Shown here one piece after another: positions 45,108 to 47,991 of a stretch of DNA of 47,991 nt (the stretch's first letter is position 1; each line of letters opens with the position of its first letter). Position numbers and translations under genes: made by a program. Source of the stretch: Chloroflexota bacterium (GTDB taxonomy: Bacteria > Chloroflexota > Limnocylindria > QHBO01); the NCBI GenBank assembly GCA_025937875.1, contig JAICQM010000001.1, forward strand, positions 1 to 47,991. Direction: 5' to 3'. The notes below the pieces were generated by a model. That model was not told where the DNA came from, ran no database searches, and saw nothing but the letters and a program-made list of their open reading frames with translations.

Positions 45108-45144
45108 CGGTCTCCTCCTCCGCGCTCAGCGCGGATGGTGCGTG

Positions 45145-45663
45145 CTAGGCGGACGTCTCGGCCGGCTCGCGCTCGGCCTCGTCGGACGCATCGGTCTGGT
45201 CGGTCGCCTCGTCGGACGCATCGGTCTGGTCGGTCGCCTCGTCGATCGAGGCCTCGGCCTCGGGAAGCGGCACGGCGTCGGGCGCGGGAGCCTGGTCGGC
45301 CAAGAATGCCTCTTCATCGCCTTCGGCGGGGGCCGCAGCCGGCGTCGCCTTGATGGCTTCGGCCTCGTCGGCAGGACGCTCCTCGATCACCGTCACGAGG
45401 TGACGGAGGATCTCCTCGCTGATCAGCAGGCTGCGCTCGAGCGGCCTGACCTCGGCCGGCTCGATGTCGAAGTGGATCAGGAAGTAGCTGGCGTCGCGGT
45501 GGTTCTTGATGTCGTAGGCCAGGCGGCGCTTCCCCCACGGGGAGACCTTGGCCAGCGATCCACCGGCATTGACGATGGCGCGGGTCACCTTCTCGACCGC
45601 CGACTGGAGCTTGTCGTCCTCCAGGTCAGGGCGCAGAAGGAGCATGAGTTCGTAACGGCGCAT
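45145..45663 (-). CDS. rpsF: 30S ribosomal protein S6 with a repetitive acidic C-terminal tail
   Basis: The MRRYELMLLLRPDLEDD core and the rpsF-ssb-rpsR order. The tail contains 2x EATDQTDASD. Confidence 0.95.
   Translation of the reverse strand: MRRYELMLLLRPDLEDDKLQSAVEKVTRAIVNAGGSLAKVSPWGKRRLAYDIKNHRDASYFLIHFDIEPAEVRPLERSLLISEEILRHLVTVIEERPADEAEAIKATPAAAPAEGDEEAFLADQAPAPDAVPLPEAEASIDEATDQTDASDEATDQTDASDEAEREPAETSA
45181..45240 (-). repeat. perfect 30-bp tandem duplication inside the rpsF tail
   Basis: 45181-45210 and 45211-45240 are identical (gtcggacgcatcggtctggtcggtcgcctc). Confidence 0.95.
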
Positions 45664-45837
45664 ACCGTTCGTTTCTCCTCTCTATGGGCTTGCGGCTCGG
45701 GTGCTCCGCGCGAGCGCGCGGACGAGCGGCAGAAAGGAACCCAGGGTCTGAACATGAATCGAGCCTCCGCAGATCCGGAGGCGCCGGCACAGGATACCGC
45801 GCCAGGGGCCGGGGGGCAATGGCCCGCTTCCTGCTCG

Positions 45838-45843
45838 TATACT
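45838..45843 (+). promoter_or_regulatory. candidate -10 box TATACTCC for the CpaE-like gene
   Basis: The plus strand reads gctcgTATACTcccc, 62 nt upstream of ATG 45906. Confidence 0.4.
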
Positions 45844-45905
45844 CCCCACCACTTCGCGGCACCCGTGGACCGCTGCCAGACCTCGCGCGCACTTGAAAGG
45901 TACCG

Positions 45906-47147
45906 ATGCCCGGCAACCCCATCCTCCTCGTGGCTCCCAGTGAAGCCCTGCGCTCGACGCTGGAGCAGACGCTGGCCGGTGCCGGGTATCGCACCTCCAC
46001 CGTGCCGACCCCGGCGGACGCGGTAGCCGCCCTGCGAGACGCCCGGTTCGACCTCGTCATCGCCGAGGGCCTGGCGGTGTCGGGCGCCATTGGCGGGATC
46101 CGTGGCGCCTCCCCGGTCCCGACGCCGGTCCTCGTCGTGGCTCCCGCCGGCGACGTCGAGGCCCGCATCGCGTTCCTGGAGGCCGGGGCCGACGACGTCA
46201 TCACCGCCGGCTTCGCGGATCGCGAGCTGGAGGCACGGATCGAGGCGCTCCTCATCCGGGCCGGGCGGCTGCGCCCGGACGAGCGATCCGGCACCGCCGC
46301 CGGTGAGATCATCACCTTCTTCTCACCCAAGGGCGGCGTCGGCACCACGACGCTGGCCGTCAACACCGCCATCCTGCTGGCCGGCGGTGGCGGGACGCCC
46401 GGACCCGGGGGCCAGCCGGGGCGCGCGTCGACGCCCGCCATCCACGGCACGCGCGTGCTGCTCATCGACGTCGATCTCCAGTTCGGTCAGGTCTCCACGC
46501 ACCTGAACCTGTCGCCGCGGTTCGACCTCGCCGGGCTTGCCGGCGACGAACCGGCACTCAATGATCCCGAGCTCGCGGCGTCCTACCTGGCCCAGCACAG
46601 CTCCGGGGTCCAGGTCCTGGCCGCGCCGGTCAACCCCGAGGCCGACTTCCGCGTCTCCCTGGACCAGCTCCAGCGCGTCATCGCGGTCCTGCGTCCACGG
46701 TTCGACCTCGTGGTGGTGGACTGCGGGTCACGCCTGGACCAGCGCGTCCTCTGGCTGCTCGAGCAGGCCGATACCCACGTCTTCGTCATCTTCCCCGAGA
46801 TCGCCGCCCTGCGTGCCACGTCGCTCCTGCTGGGCTTCCTGGCCGAGACGGCCACGCTGCGGGCGCGGACGCACTTCGTCGTCAACCACATCTTTCCCAA
46901 GGAGCTGCTCAAGGTCCGCGACGTCGAGAACCTGCTTCGCACACGACCCGCTGCCGAGATCCCCTACACCGAGGTGGAGATGATCCGCGCCGTCAACGAG
47001 GGCGTTCCGGTCACCATCTCGCGGCCCTCGTCGCCGGCCTCGATGGCGCTGCAGCGCCTGGCGCAGACGCTGCTGGGTGCCGCTCCCCCGGTCAGCAGCA
47101 GCGACGCCACCGACCGCCGCCGGCGCGGGCTGTTCGGCCGCCGCTAG
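45906..47147 (+). CDS. CpaE/TadZ-like protein: degenerate receiver domain fused to a MinD/ParA-type ATPase domain
   Basis: N-terminal CheY-like fold with the signature residues replaced. The ATPase domain has SPKGGVGTTTLAVN, LLIDVDLQFG and DLVVVDCG. GAAAGG lies 6 nt upstream of the ATG. Confidence 0.75.
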   Translation: MPGNPILLVAPSEALRSTLEQTLAGAGYRTSTVPTPADAVAALRDARFDLVIAEGLAVSGAIGGIRGASPVPTPVLVVAPAGDVEARIAFLEAGADDVITAGFADRELEARIEALLIRAGRLRPDERSGTAAGEIITFFSPKGGVGTTTLAVNTAILLAGGGGTPGPGGQPGRASTPAIHGTRVLLIDVDLQFGQVSTHLNLSPRFDLAGLAGDEPALNDPELAASYLAQHSSGVQVLAAPVNPEADFRVSLDQLQRVIAVLRPRFDLVVVDCGSRLDQRVLWLLEQADTHVFVIFPEIAALRATSLLLGFLAETATLRARTHFVVNHIFPKELLKVRDVENLLRTRPAAEIPYTEVEMIRAVNEGVPVTISRPSSPASMALQRLAQTLLGAAPPVSSSDATDRRRRGLFGRR

Positions 47148-47155
47148 CGGCGCTG

Positions 47156-47281
47156 TTACGGGCGGAAGCGGGGGTCGCGGATCTTGGCGGTGCGGGTCGG
47201 AACGGTGACGGCCGACCGTCGCGCCACTGACCGATCCACGATCAGCGCCACCAGGAGGATCATGACTGCGAGCAGTTCCAT
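47156..47281 (-). CDS. candidate 41-aa small membrane protein
   Basis: Not in the ORF track. Encodes MELLAVMILLVALIVDRSVARRSAVTVPTRTAKIRDPRFRP. AGGAAGGGG lies directly upstream, and about 88 percent of third codon positions are G/C. No homology can be claimed. Confidence 0.3.
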   Translation of the reverse strand: MELLAVMILLVALIVDRSVARRSAVTVPTRTAKIRDPRFRP

Positions 47282-47382
47282 GCCCCTTCCTATGCAGACT
47301 GCTTGCCAGCCGGGGCCCGTAGGCTGTCCAACGATGCGTGCCGCGGCCTCGGGACCGATGCGAACGCCGCAGATTCACCCCG

Positions 47383-47513
47383 GGTGAGCACTACGCCGCC
47401 AGGCGGGCCGAGGCTCGGCCGAGCGGAGCAGATTCACACCCGATGAGCGTTTATCGGTCCCGCGCACGCCTTCCGGATGCTGTTCGCGGCTGCTCGCGCG
47501 CGTAGTGCTCACC
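47383..47513. repeat. 14-bp perfect inverted repeat (GGTGAGCACTACGC / GCGTAGTGCTCACC) enclosing 103 nt with internal hairpins
   Basis: Arms at 47383-47396 and 47500-47513. Internal hairpins GGCCGA-ggc-TCGGCC and CCGAT-gagcgttt-ATCGG. GCAGATTCAC is repeated at 47369 and 47428. Confidence 0.6.
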
Positions 47514-47691
47514 AGGCATGAATTCGGCCCCGTGGAACGGGCTGGTCGCTATGAATCGCGTAAGGGGACCTGCTCTCCGCCGCAGATCGCACCAGCGGGC
47601 AGCGGCGAGGGACACGCGTCCATCCAGATGCGTCGCGTTGGGAGACAGCCGGCGGCGAAGGCGACCGTGATCAGGACGAGCACCGGAGCCG

Positions 47692-47865
47692 CTACCTGTC
47701 GCGTCGGTGCAGCCCCTCATCGGCGCCATCGGGTCCCAGGCCGCCCGTCAGCCCCGCGATCAGCACCAGGAACCCGCCGACGACGATCGCGTAGCCAAGC
47801 GTCATAGCAAGCCCGATCAGCAGTTCCATGCACGCATCGTGTGCCCGCCGGATGCCGCGTGCCAT
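47692..47865 (-). CDS. candidate small membrane protein (45-57 aa)
   Basis: This is the C-terminal part of track ORF 47692..47967: (MARGIRRAHDAC)MELLIGLAMTLGYAIVVGGFLVLIAGLTGGLGPDGADEGLHRRDR. It has one TM helix and high GC3. Possible starts are 47865 or 47829. No clear SD. Confidence 0.25.
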   Translation of the reverse strand: MARGIRRAHDACMELLIGLAMTLGYAIVVGGFLVLIAGLTGGLGPDGADEGLHRRDR

Positions 47866-47897
47866 GGCCAGATAGTCATCCCGGTCCACGAGGGAGA

Positions 47898-47981
47898 TGG
47901 TGCCGGAGGAGGGATTCGAACCCCCATGCCTTGCGGCCGCCGGGTTTAAGCCGGCTGCGTCTGCCATTCCGCCACTCCGGC
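47898..47981 (-). tRNA. tRNA-Leu, anticodon UAA, long variable arm, CCA encoded
   Basis: The minus strand reads GCCGGAG-TG-GCGGAATGGCAGACGC-A-GCCGG-CTTAAAC-CCGGC-GGCCGCAAGGCAT-GGGGGTTCGAATCCCTC-CTCCGGC-ACCA. Folds as a cloverleaf with a 7-bp acceptor stem, a class II variable arm, and a TTCGAAT T-loop. Confidence 0.93.
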
Positions 47982-47991
47982 ATCGGGCGGC

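Noticed and set aside
45181-45240. The 30-bp perfect tandem repeat as a possible CRISPR or minisatellite array.
   Set aside because: It has only two directly adjacent copies with no spacers, it is in frame inside rpsF, and there are no cas genes.
47380-47520. Attempted match of the structured 47.4 kb region to known riboswitch cores (ZTP CCGCCUGG-like string, fluoride, guanidine, c-di-AMP).
   Set aside because: Only short partial resemblances. None of the defining consensus blocks is present in the correct arrangement.
47866-47967. N-terminal third of track ORF 47692..47967.
   Set aside because: It overlaps the tRNA-Leu gene (47898-47981) on the same strand. Only the C-terminal hydrophobic part is kept, as a low-confidence small ORF.
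45906-47991. A tad/flp pilus locus around the CpaE-like gene.
   Set aside because: No TadA ATPase, TadB/C, secretin or Flp-type prepilin (G/XXXXEY motif) is encoded within the window. The small ORFs do not resemble Flp pilins.
1-47991. Searched for defence islands, prophage, integrases, toxin-antitoxin pairs and CRISPR arrays.
   Set aside because: None seen. Every ORF of substantial length with good coding character has a housekeeping or envelope assignment, and gene order follows conserved operons.

Overview
This 48 kb window is very GC-rich and is almost entirely a conserved housekeeping (translation, replication, envelope) region. About 46 of the 51 protein genes I call lie on the minus strand, and many are joined by 1-8 nt overlaps.

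Genes recognised from the translations, left to right:
- cdsA (fragment), uppS, frr, pyrH, tsf, rpsB
- a LysM/SLT murein hydrolase
- yraN, rnhB, rplS, trmD, rimM, a KH-domain protein, rpsP
- a DUF3352-like membrane protein
- ffh, ftsY, smc, rnc, acpP, nusB, plsX, rpmF, DUF177, a coiled-coil protein, coaD, rsmD, recG
- rpmB, dtd, a DUF4015-like glycoside-hydrolase lipoprotein, rpe, rlmN, a YugP-like Zn peptidase, a BON protein
- fmt, def, priA, gmk, rluD, lspA, ileS
- a membrane protein, a processive GT2 synthase, ilvE, a Na/Ca-exchanger-type transporter
- rpsR, ssb, rpsF
- an orphan CpaE/TadZ-like pseudo-receiver ATPase
- tRNA-Leu(UAA)

The Firmicutes-like synteny combined with high GC suggests a high-GC Terrabacteria lineage (Chloroflexota or a deep Actinomycetota). 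That cannot be settled from this window.

I found no CRISPR array, transposase, integrase, phage genes or recognisable defence system, and I do not claim a novel multi-gene system here.

The items most worth a second look are:
1. A canonical terminator-type T-box leader with its own promoter in front of ileS.
2. A recurrent TATACTCC -10-like box at seven gene-upstream positions.
3. Three conserved genes (uppS, rimM, the coiled-coil gene) whose conserved or coding-like N-termini lie upstream of any ATG/GTG/TTG. This implies CTG, ACG or ATC initiation, or sequence errors.
4. Two strongly structured non-coding elements, one between ileS and lspA and one at 47.3-47.7 kb.
5. The GT2 synthase and membrane protein pair, and the orphan degenerate CpaE-like protein.

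Many ORF-track entries are GC-driven antisense or N-terminally over-extended ORFs. I trimmed or rejected these.
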